Under the pieces are notes generated by a model, which saw only the letters and a program-made list of their open reading frames with translations, was not told the DNA's origin and ran no database searches. This document shows, in pieces, positions 10,395 through 21,573 of a stretch of DNA of 23,156 nucleotides (its first letter is position 1; every line of letters starts with the position of its first letter). This DNA comes from Psammoneis japonica (lineage: Eukaryota): assembly GCA_008632985.1 (NCBI GenBank), contig QPGO01000143.1:186001-209156 (forward strand), read 5' to 3'. The translations under genes and the position numbers were made by a program.

Positions 10395-11053
10395 GTTGTT
10401 GTTGGGATTGGATCAAATAAGAAAATACAAAAGCGCATTATTGATTTGGAACAGGATCTTTGGTGGGCATGGTGGCGTACATGTACCCATGTTGAAATCA
10501 CATCAGCAGCAACATAATGGCCAAAATGTTTCGAACACAAGAAGCATGTGAAATGATGCAAACTAGGTATTTGGACAGAGCTCAGAGCTGGTCCTTCTCG
10601 CGACGTGATGTTCCTATCTCCATACCGGTGCAGTAATAGTTTGGCTAGAGAGCGTTCTCTGTAGTGCACCAGTATCCACAATATAATACCGGCCACCCCA
10701 ATAGTCAAAATGTTGTGAATACCCGTACGTCGTGTTGAGTTGTCGCGGCTCTTTCCCGCACAAAAGTTCACGATTCACGACTGGAGCACGACTTCAGACT
10801 GGGAGGGCATTTCAGCTACGCGACCCCGACTGCGAGGGTCATCGAAGCACTATCGTCCATGCGAAGCTCATAATCTCTGTACCAGTAGTACTTGGTTCTT
10901 CATCGGGATAAACTAGTTAATCATATCACATCATTGCACTACTTCGACCTTACAAACCCACCCTACTATATTGCGCTTGTTCTGTTTCATTGTACGTGAG
11001 CTGGTCCTCTGCTACTACCCCTCCTTCTTTTTACTTTTTCCCGGCCTGTTTGG
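10395..11053 (+). repeat. Direct repeat copy B: frameshifted DDI1-like 3' fragment, intergenic DNA and the functional ACS stop
   Basis: Colinear with 7871-8521. The DDI1 portion carries a +2 insertion and an 8-nt deletion. Confidence 0.95.
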
Positions 11054-13160
11054 CATTGATCTTTTCAATCAACGTGTCGACAATCGACGGGTCCGCCAAG
11101 GTGCTTGTATCGCCCAACGAATCCACCTCACCCGCTACAATTTTGCGCAGAATGCGTCTCATGATTTTTCCACTCCTCGTCATGGGCAAGGACGGCGTGA
11201 CACAAATAACATCGGGACTGGCAAAGGCACCAATCTCGGTGCGGACCATTTGGCGCAGCTCCTTCTCGAGCGTTTCCGTTTCTTCGAATCCCACCGTGAG
11301 CATGCAAAAGGCACAAATCGATTGGCCCTTGATGTCGTGGGCTTGTCCCACCACGGCGGCTTGGGCGACGGCGGGATGACCCACGAGGGCGCTCTCGACT
11401 TCGGCCGTTCCAATGCGGTGACCACTCACGTTGAGCACGTCATCGACACGACCGGTAATAAAGTGGTAGCCGTCCTTGTCGCGAATGACAGCGTCGCCGG
11501 TAAAGTAGTAGCCCTTGTAGGGTTTCATGTACGTCACCAAGTACCGTTGGTGATCGCCCAAACAAGTCCGTGCCATGCCGGGCCACGGTTGACGAATCGC
11601 CATGACACCCTCGACACCATCTTCAGTGGAATCCAATTCCTTGCCCGTGTGAGGGTCCAACACCACCGTGTCAATGCCATAGAAAGGCAAGGAACAACTA
11701 CCGGGTTTCATGGGTGTCACTCCGGGAAGATTGGTAATCACGTGTCCACCCTGTGAAAAAATGTGAAAAAATAGCAGCGTTAGTGTTTTCCTCTACAGAG
11801 GGAGCTTGAACAAATCGGACAAATCATATATATTGTAACTTACCGTCTCGGTCTGCCAATAGGTATCGACAACAGCACAATTCTTCTTGCCCACCACTTC
11901 ATAGTACCACTTCCAGGCTTCGGGATTGATGGGTTCACCAACGGTACCCAGAATTTTGAGACTGTCGAGATTGTGGTTCTCCACATGCTCGTTGCCGTAA
12001 CGCATCAAGAGACGAATGGCCGTCGGTGCCGTGTACAAGGCATTGATTTGATGACGCTCCACCATGTCCCAATAACGAGCCGGCGTTGGATAGACGGGGG
12101 TGGACTCAAACATGAATGTCGTGCCTCCATTCAAGAGAGGGCCATAGACAACGTACGTGTGTCCCGTAATCCAACCACAATCGGCAACACAGGCAAAGAC
12201 ATCGCCCACCTTCAAATCAAACACGATCTTGGCCGTCATGGCAGCGTAGAGGGCGTATCCACCCGTCGTATGGAGCAAACCCTTGGGTTTGCCCGTGCTC
12301 CCCGAGGTGTACAGGATAAAGAGCGGGTCTTCGGCATCCATAGTGGCTGGAACACAGTACGGACGCTGCAAGGCCACGAGCGGATCCATGCGTACATCCT
12401 TGTCCAGCATATCATACGGTGCGTCCTCGGACTTTGGGTCATGAAACCGCTCATACACCAACACCTTTTCCACCAAGTCGTCATTGCACCTCGTCAGAGC
12501 GTCATTGACGATCTTTTTGAGTTGAATGGTTTTCCCTCCACGCTTCCCCACGTCGGCCGTCACGACACACTTGCTTTGCGCCGCCGTAATGCGTTGCGCC
12601 AGAGCTTCGGCGGAAAATCCGGCAAACACCACGGAATGAACGGCACCAATCCGAGTGCACGCCAACATGGTAAAGGCCAATTCGGGAATCATGGGCATGT
12701 AAATCGTGACAACGTCTCCCTGTTGGACACCCTGCGATTTGAGGGCGTTGGCGACTTGACACGTTTTGCGCAACAGCTCGGTATAGGTAATGGACCGCAC
12801 GTCGGCCGGCTCGTCTCCTTCCCATAAAATGGCAACCTCGTTACAGGCTCCTCCTGCGGCTGTTCCCGTTGCCCACCTGTCGACTGCATTGTAACTCATG
12901 TTGAGTTTCCCACCGGCAAACCACGTGACATCGCCATACTCCATGGATCCACCCATGACACTATTGGGATTGAATGGCTGAAACCAATCGAGGTATTCCG
13001 TCGCCTTTTTTGCCCAATACGTTTCGGGATCGGCAATGCTAGTCTCGTGCTCGAGTTTGTACCGAGCCAGAGCCAAGTCAGACTTGCTCTCCACCACTTG
13101 CTTCATCCAAACATTATGTTGCTGCTGTTTCTGCTGGTCTTGCTTTGCTTCTTCAGTCAT
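11031..13160 (-). CDS. ACS: Acetyl-CoA synthetase (AMP-forming acetate-CoA ligase), 2 exons (intron 11751-11843), ~678 aa
   Basis: [31 protein letters not shown] across a GTAAGT...CACAG intron, [23 protein letters not shown] and [13 protein letters not shown]. No obvious targeting peptide. Confidence 0.96.
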
Positions 13161-13167
13161 ATTTACT

Positions 13168-13227
13168 GTTGTCGTTGTTGTTGTTGTTGTTGTTGTTGTC
13201 GAGTCTTATCTATTGTTGTTGTTGTCG
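13168..13227. repeat. (GTT)n/(AAC)n microsatellite just upstream of the ACS start codon
   Basis: gttgtcgttgttgttgttgttgttgttgttgtc...ttgttgttgttgtcg. Confidence 0.9.
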
Positions 13228-13488
13228 TTTTTGTTGAGTCGTATCTCTCTATGAGAACGCGAAGCAACGTCTTGTTGGCTTCAACACCTCCTCAACTGGC
13301 TTTTGGCATCGCGAGTTTGAATGAAGTTGAGTGTGTTGACGAGTGTTCTCATGTTTTCAGAACCTCACGTAGAAATCTACGTTGATTTGTAGGGAAGATC
13401 CAAGATTTGCAAGATTTGCCGCCGACATCAGCACCACGTACGTGCATCGAAAGGTAGACGCGCGTCTCTCTCGCGAGTCGCGAGCGTA

Positions 13489-16400
13489 CCGTGGGCCACT
13501 TTGTGCTTGGTGCTGTCAGCTCTCAGCTCCATCTCTTGTGTGTGCTGACCTCAAGCCCAATGTGTTGGAGCAGGTCTGCTGTGAGGTTGAGCCCATCATC
13601 TCACACTTGCTCTCAGTTGAGAGGCCACAGACAGCTGCCCATTGCTTGTGTGGCAAAATGAAAAAACAGACAGAGTTCTGGCTCCACTCATTTGTCCAAG
13701 GTTGGGTCATGCATGTTGGCCTCCCAGTGGCAACAAATGGCAACATCCCCTCCATTGGATTGAGCATCCTGGGAGATGGAGGGTTGCCATTGGTGCAAGT
13801 CTGTGATGAGCCCAAAATGGCCTCCCCCACAACATCCTGCCTGTTGCACAACTGCCCATTCTTTGCTCCAAAATCCCTGTGGGACACAGCGGGGTTGACA
13901 CCATGCCACCTCTTTGTCTCATCTCAAGGGAGCACCACCTCTCTGGTGAACAAGGTCAAGCACCTTGGCACCAAAGGCAACACGGGGTTGGCGAAGGTGT
14001 TGTGGCTCCAGGATTTTGGGCCCCATCTGAAGCTTGCAACCAACCAATGAATGACACAGCAGCTCCAGCCCCCTGTCTGCCACAAGAGCTGGGAGAAAGC
14101 TTGGGTGGCACAGCACCCCCAGCCAAGGGCTTCTTAGAAGCAGCACAGCTGCAGCCACAATTGCTGCAATGTGGGTCATCATTGCCCAAAGTGCTGTGCT
14201 GCAGATCTCAAACAACTCATGATTTTTTTAAGTCACAAACACAGTGGGGGGCAGCAGAGCCAGCAGAAACACAAGCTTCGCACATGGATTCATCCAAAGA
14301 GGGTGCTTTAAAGCACTGTGCCAAATGTGCCTCAGAGCTCATCAATGCAAGCAGAGAAGTGGTGCATTTGTGTGCAGCTGTGCAGCAGCCAAAGTGCTTG
14401 TGCAGCAGGAGGTTGTGCTTTGGAGCAGGTCTGCTCCTTCAACATCCAACTCTTTGTCACAGAACATTTTCCTGCACAAGTTGCTGCTGTGTGATCCTTG
14501 GCACAACTGCCAACATGCAAATGTCTCTCCTCCCTTGTGGAGCAGACTGCAGTGTGGGTTTCAACTGTGAGTGATCCGTGATGCTGAGAGGTTGTGCAGA
14601 GACTGGCCATCAACATTGCACGTTGCACCTTGGATGTGTGAAAAGAATCCTGAGTGCACAATGTTGCACTGTGCAGCATTCACCAAGTGCCAAGCCAAAC
14701 TTGGAGCATTGCTCTTCACTCGTGAATGAACATGTTCACGCCATTGCATGAAGAAAATGCAGTGCTCAAATGACTTCATGTTTCTCAGCCAGGTGTGCCA
14801 GCTCAGGAGAAATGTTCTTGCAACTGCAGTCAACTGCAATCTGTCAACCTGCTTTTGCTAAAACTGCCTGCTTGGCATGTGAGGCAAGAGCTGCTGCATT
14901 GCAACAGATGATCTGCTGCTTTTTTAAAGCCAAAGCTGCAACTTTTGATTTTTTGGCTTTGGCGCTGCACCACACTGCCCTTTGGGCAGTGCTCTCTTTA
15001 ACTGGGAGACTGGCGAGGTGATGAGTTTTCATCCCAGGTTGGGGTTGGTTGCCGGGTGTGACACTGTGTTCATCTGTTTTCCATCACCATGCTTTTTGCA
15101 TGAGAAACAATTCTCATCTGAGCTCATGCTTTTTCCCAACATTTTGCATCATCTTTCATCAGATCTGTTCACTTTCAATGACTGGCACCACCTTCTTTGT
15201 TTGTTGGAGGGTGCAGACAAAAAGAGAACAAAGCTCTTTCAGAGTCCCTTTTTTTCCACAGCAAAGTGGCAGGAAACTGCACGTGGCAGCTTTTGGAATG
15301 ATGTTCTTGAATTGCTCTTTTTCTGTTTTTTTCTTGTTGCATTTGACCATTTCAAAAGAATGTCAGCTTTCTCTGTTTTGCAATGAACTCGTGCAAAAAA
15401 AGACCATTCTGGCACCATTGTGTTGGTGCAAAAACTTGGGCAAACTGATTCACACACATTTTTCTGTGCGGCCGCCGGCCCTCAAAAGAGCCAGCAGATT
15501 TGTTCACCAGCGCAAATGCCCAGCATTGCAGAGGCAGTCTTTGACTTTGTTGACTGTGTTGCAATGAAATGGTTGCTTGGCAGAAGCAGGTGCACTGGCC
15601 GAACATTGTGGCAGAACCTCTGATGTTTTTAAACAACAACAAACTCTGCTCTCTGTTTTGCAACAAAGCAAGTGGGCTGCAAAATCTGGATGTTGTTGGT
15701 GCCATTGTCATGCTTCACAATGTTTGACACACACGTCACTCATGTCTGAGCTCCTTGGTCATCTTGAACCCTCCTCAAAAACAGAGTGGGGGCATTCTGT
15801 CACTGGCGCCAAAAATCAATCTGTCCAAGTGCATCAAAGTGCCAAGGTGCTGCACATGTTGGCATGAAATGTCAAAGCAACCACTCCAATGTGTCATGAA
15901 AACACAAATCATAAAAACACAAATCAAACCTGGTCAAAAATGTCCCCACAAGACAAAATGCACCACTGGCCACAGCAACACCCCGGTGAACTTTTTGCAT
16001 CAACCAGCCTCCAGCCTTTTCTTGCCACCAGCTCACAACTGTGCTCTTGCTTTCACAGCCCTGGCAGATGTTTGTGTGCAAATGGACATTTCTTCATGGC
16101 AGCAACATCGTGCCTTTGTCTGGTGTGCAAGATTTGTGGATGTGAGAAAAACAAAAAATGGCAACACTGCATGGGAGAGTGCAAAAATTGCACATGGGCG
16201 GCTGTGGTGTGCAAAAAAGTGTGCGTCACACAGAAATGTGCAGGAAACCTCGCCTGTTGTCTCCAAGTGACGACCCACCTGGGTTGAAAACAAATGAGGT
16301 GCAAGAAACAGCAGCCAAATGATGATGAGCTGCCTGCAGTGCCGCCCTCTGCCAGAGCTTGCAAAAGCTGTTGCTTGCGTGCCTGTGCTGCATGGCTCTC

Positions 16401-16631
16401 TGGCAACTGCCTGGCTTGCAGCCATCTCAAAGAAGCACACAGTGCACCCCCACGCAAACAGACGACGAGGAAGGTGTCTGTGTGCCGCACTGCAGCGCAT
16501 GGATCCAAAATGAAAACCATCTTGAAGCAACTTCAAGTGCGCTGACGGAGGAAAACACGCAGACTCGATTGTGACTCTCACATCCCTGTCAGCGCTCCCC
16601 TTCTGACGCATCTGCACGTGTTTGTCTGTTC
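13489..16631 (-). mobile_element. Hypermutated TpA/CpG-depleted block with a decayed minus-strand coding sequence; probable TE relic
   Basis: Only 8 TA in about 3.1 kb. Protein-like minus frames are interrupted by TGA (e.g. MHDPTLDK*VEPELCLFFHFATQAMGSCLWPLN*EQV*DDGLNLTADLLQHIG). No family motif or convincing TIR/LTR recognised. Confidence 0.5.
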
Positions 16632-16729
16632 TACAGATTCCTTCTACGATTTGTCCTACTAAAAGTCGACAAGACTAACCCTAAATGATGTGCAGAAATA
16701 GGGTCCTAACAGTTCCTAGCTAGAGTATA

Positions 16730-17209
16730 ACATTCCTCTTTACCGCGCGGAAGTAGGAGGTTTGAGGTTTATGATGACAGTTCTGGCACACATTCCTCTT
16801 TACCGGCATAAATGGGAAGCTTGTCAATCGTAATGACTTTCATTCTGAGGCATAAATGCTTTGTCCAAAATAAATGTGTTTTTGAATCCAATGACTTTTG
16901 ATGTTTATACTACCAATCTCTAGATTTCTACTGTGATCGTTTGGCTGATTCGAAAATGCTGGTCATGGTCATCGTGGCAACTCTCTGACTTTGTTCGTGT
17001 GGTGGTGTTACATAAGTACTGAATCCGAAATTAAGAAAAAATGAAGTTTAGGGCCTATGTGTCGTGCTCTGGGACAAGACTGCTCATAAATAATGTCGAA
17101 AGGGATTTACAGTACATAAAAGCTTTGTGTAAAATTTGTGTCATTATTTGAACCCAATGACTTTTCGTTATCAAGATATGCGGGTCATGGTCATTGTCGT
17201 TGACAACTG
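16730..17209 (+). repeat. Short degenerate direct repeats upstream of the M11 peptidase gene
   Basis: ACATTCCTCTTTACCG at 16730 and 16790. A diverged unit cataaa.gctttgt...ccaatgactttt...ggtcatggtcat at ~16851-16982 and ~17115-17209. Confidence 0.7.
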
Positions 17210-17462
17210 CATACATAACACAATGTCTCAAAGTCGCAGTTGATCATGGTGGAGTCATAGACGTTGTGTAGAATCAATACAGCAAGCTACAAGGACATTC
17301 CTTCAACGAAAAGCTCCGTACTGAATCTACGGGTGCGTGCAGGATGAACACCGCGTCTGCCACGTTGTGAACTCGCCTATTGGGCGCATTGGCTTTTTTT
17401 GTCAACGGTGGTGGCACAATTTCTCGAAATTGGTTGATTGATTGCAAGTTGTTGTTGAAAAC

Positions 17463-19672
17463 ATGAAAGCGTTTCTTGCGATCTCTCTCGCTGCGGCCTT
17501 GAAGTTGGGTTACCATGGAAGCTCAGCAGCGGTAAGCAGCTGAAACTCGTTTTGTGCTGAGCTTCGTTGCGCTCTTTCTTAGCCACGGTAACGGTCATTT
17601 TGTATTCTCACGCCGTTGCTGCTCTCCCGATCGCTACACTACAGAGCAACGTCTTTAACCTTCGTGGTCCACCCTTTCAGGATCAGACATTGCCTTGCAC
17701 TATGTTGTTGAAGGAGATTCATCGTGAAATTCCTGACCCGAGTTTGCCCGACTTTGCTTGGGATTGCGAGCTCGATCCTCAGGACGCTGATGGCGTTGAA
17801 GGCATCATTATGGAGCTGGACGGCCTGAACCTTCCACGCGACGCCAAGGATAACTTCGGGCAGAGGCTTATCTCCGGAGAGTCCACAGTCTTTGTGCCCG
17901 GAACCAAGATCGACAAGGGCAAGGCCAAGGCGAAAGTTCCTCCGGGAGTCCCACCTGCGTACGGCCGTCGTCGTCGCGAGGCTGCTCAAGGCGGTCGCCG
18001 ACTTCGGACAGGTAATTGGACGGTTTTTGCTGTACGTGTGATTGCCACTGACGGTTCAACAAGTAGCTCTACTGCTGCCATCAGCAACTTTGTTTTTGGC
18101 ACCTCTGGCGACCAGGTGAACCTCAAATCGCAGTACGCTGCCTGTTCGCATAATCAGCTTATGTTCGAGCCAGCGCCTTTTGCTACAGATGGGGTCATCG
18201 AGGTGACGGTAAACGTTGCTACTACCGAAGGCGATGGAGTCATGAGAAACGCCATTACAAGTGCGATCCAGAACCAATACGGACTTTCACCCAACAGTTT
18301 GGCAAATTATGGTACGTCTTTTTGACTCCTTGTTCATTTCGAGTCTCTTGATTCGTGGAATTAAATGCCCAACACACAAAAACGAGATTGATCTTGTTCT
18401 TGTTGCTAAACTCACTTCTTTTCTTCTGTTTCAGCCATGTATTGCCTCCCTTCAGGTACTATGAGTGGGATTGCGTATGCCTACATTAACTCGTGGAACT
18501 CTGTCTATTCCAACCAATGGTGCAATTACGTTTCCGCTCAAATGCATGAGCTTGGACATAATATTAACCTGGCACACAGCGGTGAAGGATCACAGCAGTA
18601 CGCGGACCAGAGTGGAATGATGGGGTACTCCTATTCGAGTAGCGAGACCCCAAAAATGTGTTTCAACGCAGCAAAAATGTGGCAGCGTAAGTCTACATCA
18701 TTTGGCAAGTGTTCTCATTGTTTGTGAAATATTTACTCTCAACAATAATCTCTCTTTTACCTTCTTTTTCGCATCATGCACAGTCGGTTGGTTTTCTGAC
18801 CGCCACGTAGCGATCAATCCGCTTACTGCGGCTGGACCGGTGATATGATTGGGTCAGTCGACTACGAGAACTCGGCAAGCGACAAAATGATTGTCCTCAA
18901 GATCAACAGGACCGCCACGAGTGAAGATGATTTGTTTGTCATGTTCAACCGAAAGGCTAGCTACAACTCGGACACGAAAGAAGGCGGAAACCAGGTCATG
19001 ATTGTGGAAACCGGAAGAGAAGGCCTTTTGTACGACAAGTCTCTTCTGTAGCCAAGTTGAGTGCTGGTGGGCAGTATGTGATCCCGAATTTTGATGGAAG
19101 TGGAACAGATGTCACCGTTACCGTGAACAGCATCAACCTAAGCAGCACTCCGGCAATAGCGTCGGTAACTGTTCAAGGTTTTACTGCATCTCCAACGGAA
19201 TCCCCAACTCCCTCTCCGACGGATTCACCGACACCTTCCCCTCCACCAACGGATTCTCCAACTGGATCCCCTTCGTCGTCTCCATCAGCGGCGCCAAGCT
19301 CGCCGCCGACTCCTTCCCTCCACCACGTCTTCTCCAACTGGATCCCCGTCGTCGTCTCCATCAGCGGCGCCAAGCTCGCCGCCGACTCCTTCCCCTCCGC
19401 CGACGGCATCTCCGAGTGAATCCCCGTCGTCGTCTCCATCAGCGACGCCAACCTCGGTGCCGACTCCTTCTCCTCCACCGACGGCATCTCCGAGTGATTC
19501 CCCGACGTCATCTCCTACGAAGGGCCCGACGCCGACGCCGACTCGTTCTCCTACACCTTCTCCGACTCCTGCGCCTGTAGCTGTGAATTGTGCTCCGTTG
19601 CGGGGTGGAACATGCAGGGATGCAGGTTGCCAATGGCTAGGTGGACAAGGTGGTTGCGTCCCTTCAAACTAA
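17463..19672 (+). CDS. Secreted M11 (gametolysin-like) zinc metallopeptidase with Pro/Ser/Thr stalk and short Cys-rich tail; introns 17532-17644, 18312-18434, 18687-18783; four apparent 1-bp deletions (~18828, ~19048, ~19317, ~19327)
   Basis: Signal peptide [19 protein letters not shown] processing site. MYCLP...[10 protein letters not shown]. Zinc motif [12 protein letters not shown] and DQSGMMG, then [12 protein letters not shown]. All three GT-AG introns are phase-compatible. Confidence 0.85.
19228..19520 (+). repeat. Coding tandem repeat, 78-bp unit ([20 protein letters not shown].), about 4 copies
   Basis: Unit starts at 19228, 19306, 19382 and 19460 (spacing 78, 76, 78). Confidence 0.9.
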
Positions 19673-20207
19673 AAAGTTTGTACAGTACATGTTGATCACT
19701 CAGCTTTGACGGTCTGTCTCGGGTCTTACATGGCGGCTGGTTTTGGTAGAATTTGGGATTCACTCTAGCTTTGTTTATAGTGTTTATGTTCCAATACAAA
19801 ATTCAATGCGAGCTTTTGCTCAGTAGTTCATAACTAGCTGTTCCATATATCCTGCGTTACAGTCACCTTCTTCATTGCCGTCACCCACCGTATCGGTTTT
19901 CATATTCCCAGTGTCATCTATTTCTCCTTCCTGAGGCTTTTGTTGGTCGTATGTCTCTTGTGTGTCGAGGGAAGTGTTTGCATGCAGATAATACAGACTG
20001 AGACTGCTTTTTATATTGCAAGCAGCGTTGTGGCCTACTTCAAACTTGTTTTATCAGAGAGCCTCCCATGAAGGTAAACAAGCACTGTTGAAAATGCATA
20101 AACACAGTCGCATTGATACAAGTTGGAAGATTAGGTAAATGTTAAAATATGAGCTCACAATTTTTGGACAATCAGTTTTTTTTTCACTGTTCCGTAGTTT
20201 GGACTCT

Positions 20208-21139
20208 CTAACTAGATACCCACAAGTGTGGCAATTCTGAAACGAGTCCAAAGATCACATCATGCTTGTCGGACACCTTGGCCAACACGTGGGCCAAAAT
20301 ACCTCGATGCAAGTCTTGATCCCGTACAAGCGAACGACCACATTGGTTGAGTTGAAGATAATGAGAAAGAACTGAATTTTGGTGATTGCGATTGTTGTAT
20401 CTTGCATCCACTAGTTCCAGTGTTGCATTCGACCGAACCAACGACACGAGCTCGGCGTGACCTTGTTCGGAGAACCGATTGTCGCCGAGAAACAAGTGTT
20501 TCAGAGTCGTATTGTGCTTGAGTGCTGCGCACAAGGCCCGGATCCCGTTGTTTCCAATACAATTGTCACTCAAATCCAATACTCGCAATGTTGAATTCTG
20601 TTTCAACGATTTTCCCAAATACATGGCGCCCTCGTCTTCAATATGATTATTGTGCAAAAACAACTCCACCAAACTCGTATTCTTGGCGATACACGACGCC
20701 ATGGCTTTGGCTGCGGCGTTACCAAGGGCATTTTCTTGAAGACCCAATGCCGTGATGGAAGAATCCTCGAAAGACAGGGAATCCGCCAAAGCGGCAATAC
20801 CCGAAACACCAATTTCGTTTTTCGACAACATGACGCGTTGCAACACAGAGTTTTCGCGAAAGGACATGCTCAGCGCAAACGCACCGTCGTCGCCACAGTG
20901 GTTGTTGTGCAGATTCAACACTCGGACACATCTATTTTCCTCAAGATATGGCAATATCTAGAATGCGATCATCCCGCAAAGTGCATTTGTACCATGCGAA
21001 TCTCGGAACAATTGGGCTGATGAATGGGCGGATGCGCCATGGACAAGTAATCCACGTTTTGATCATTACTGCTGCTGTGTCTTTTGCGACGACGAAACGA
21101 AACGCGCTTTATCAAGGCTTTTCGTATTCTTCTCGACAT
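20208..21139 (-). CDS. Leucine-rich repeat protein (RI-like/NLRC3-like 28-aa LRRs); 5' structure uncertain
   Basis: Repeated N..L..L.L..N.IG..G...L units and a C-terminal LNQCGR..L...ILAHVL...IFGLVSELP motif. Joining ATG 21139 to the 20208-20954 ORF needs either two small indels near 20955-20980 or a 35-nt GT-AG intron. Confidence 0.75.
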
Positions 21140-21573
21140 ATTTGCCAATAGCTGTTATTGCATCATGCTTGGTGGATAGACTACAAACTTCACTTCTTCT
21201 CGCGCAACATGAGAGTTTGTGTTCGTAAATGCCCGAAGACGCGACGTGGTTGGTCGTGGTCGTGGAAATCCCGTGAGTGGCGTGTGACCAAAAGTGATGA
21301 TGACCAATCGCGCGTTGGTAATGCGCACTTCGTTTCTTTCGCCACGTCTCTTCCGCCACCCTGCCGCCACCCACGTCATTCGAAATTCGCACCAAAGCTT
21401 CTCGTGGGATTCTACGTGTGACTCATCCGATGATATGTGACACGATTGATTGACGGGATTCAAACTTCCGTTAGGCTGTGCTGAGCTGGTTCGTCAAAAA
21501 CAACACGAGAAAAGCAGCCGTCTCGTTCCAATCCATCACATTATTTCTTTCCTTGCTGTTCTATCAACACATC

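Noticed and set aside
7871..11053. LTR retrotransposon (direct repeats plus a nearby aspartyl protease)
   Set aside because: The repeats consist of host gene ends. The protease is DDI1-type and lies mostly outside them, and there is no RT, integrase or gag.
10971..12827. Long plus-strand ORFs (10971-11756, 11973-12827)
   Set aside because: Antisense shadows of the ACS coding sequence.
159..16617. Dozens of overlapping Cys/His/Gln-rich ORFs inside the three blocks (e.g. 4585-5325, 13879-14574)
   Set aside because: Loss of TA removes TAA/TAG stops and Tyr codons in all six frames, inflating ORF length. For the same reason TGA-only stops are not evidence of recoding or selenocysteine.
2897..16631. 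Classical fungal-type RIP as the explanation for the blocks
   Set aside because: RIP converts CpA to TpA and enriches TA. These blocks show the opposite.
13367..16660. Possible terminal inverted repeats for block 3 (acgtagaaatctacgt vs ctacagattccttctacgatttgtcctac)
   Set aside because: Similarity is too weak and no target-site duplication was found.
17567..17644. Hydrophobic N-terminus of the 17567 ORF as a signal peptide
   Set aside because: It starts at TTG and lies in a phase-compatible intron. ATG 17463 supplies a proper signal-peptide exon.
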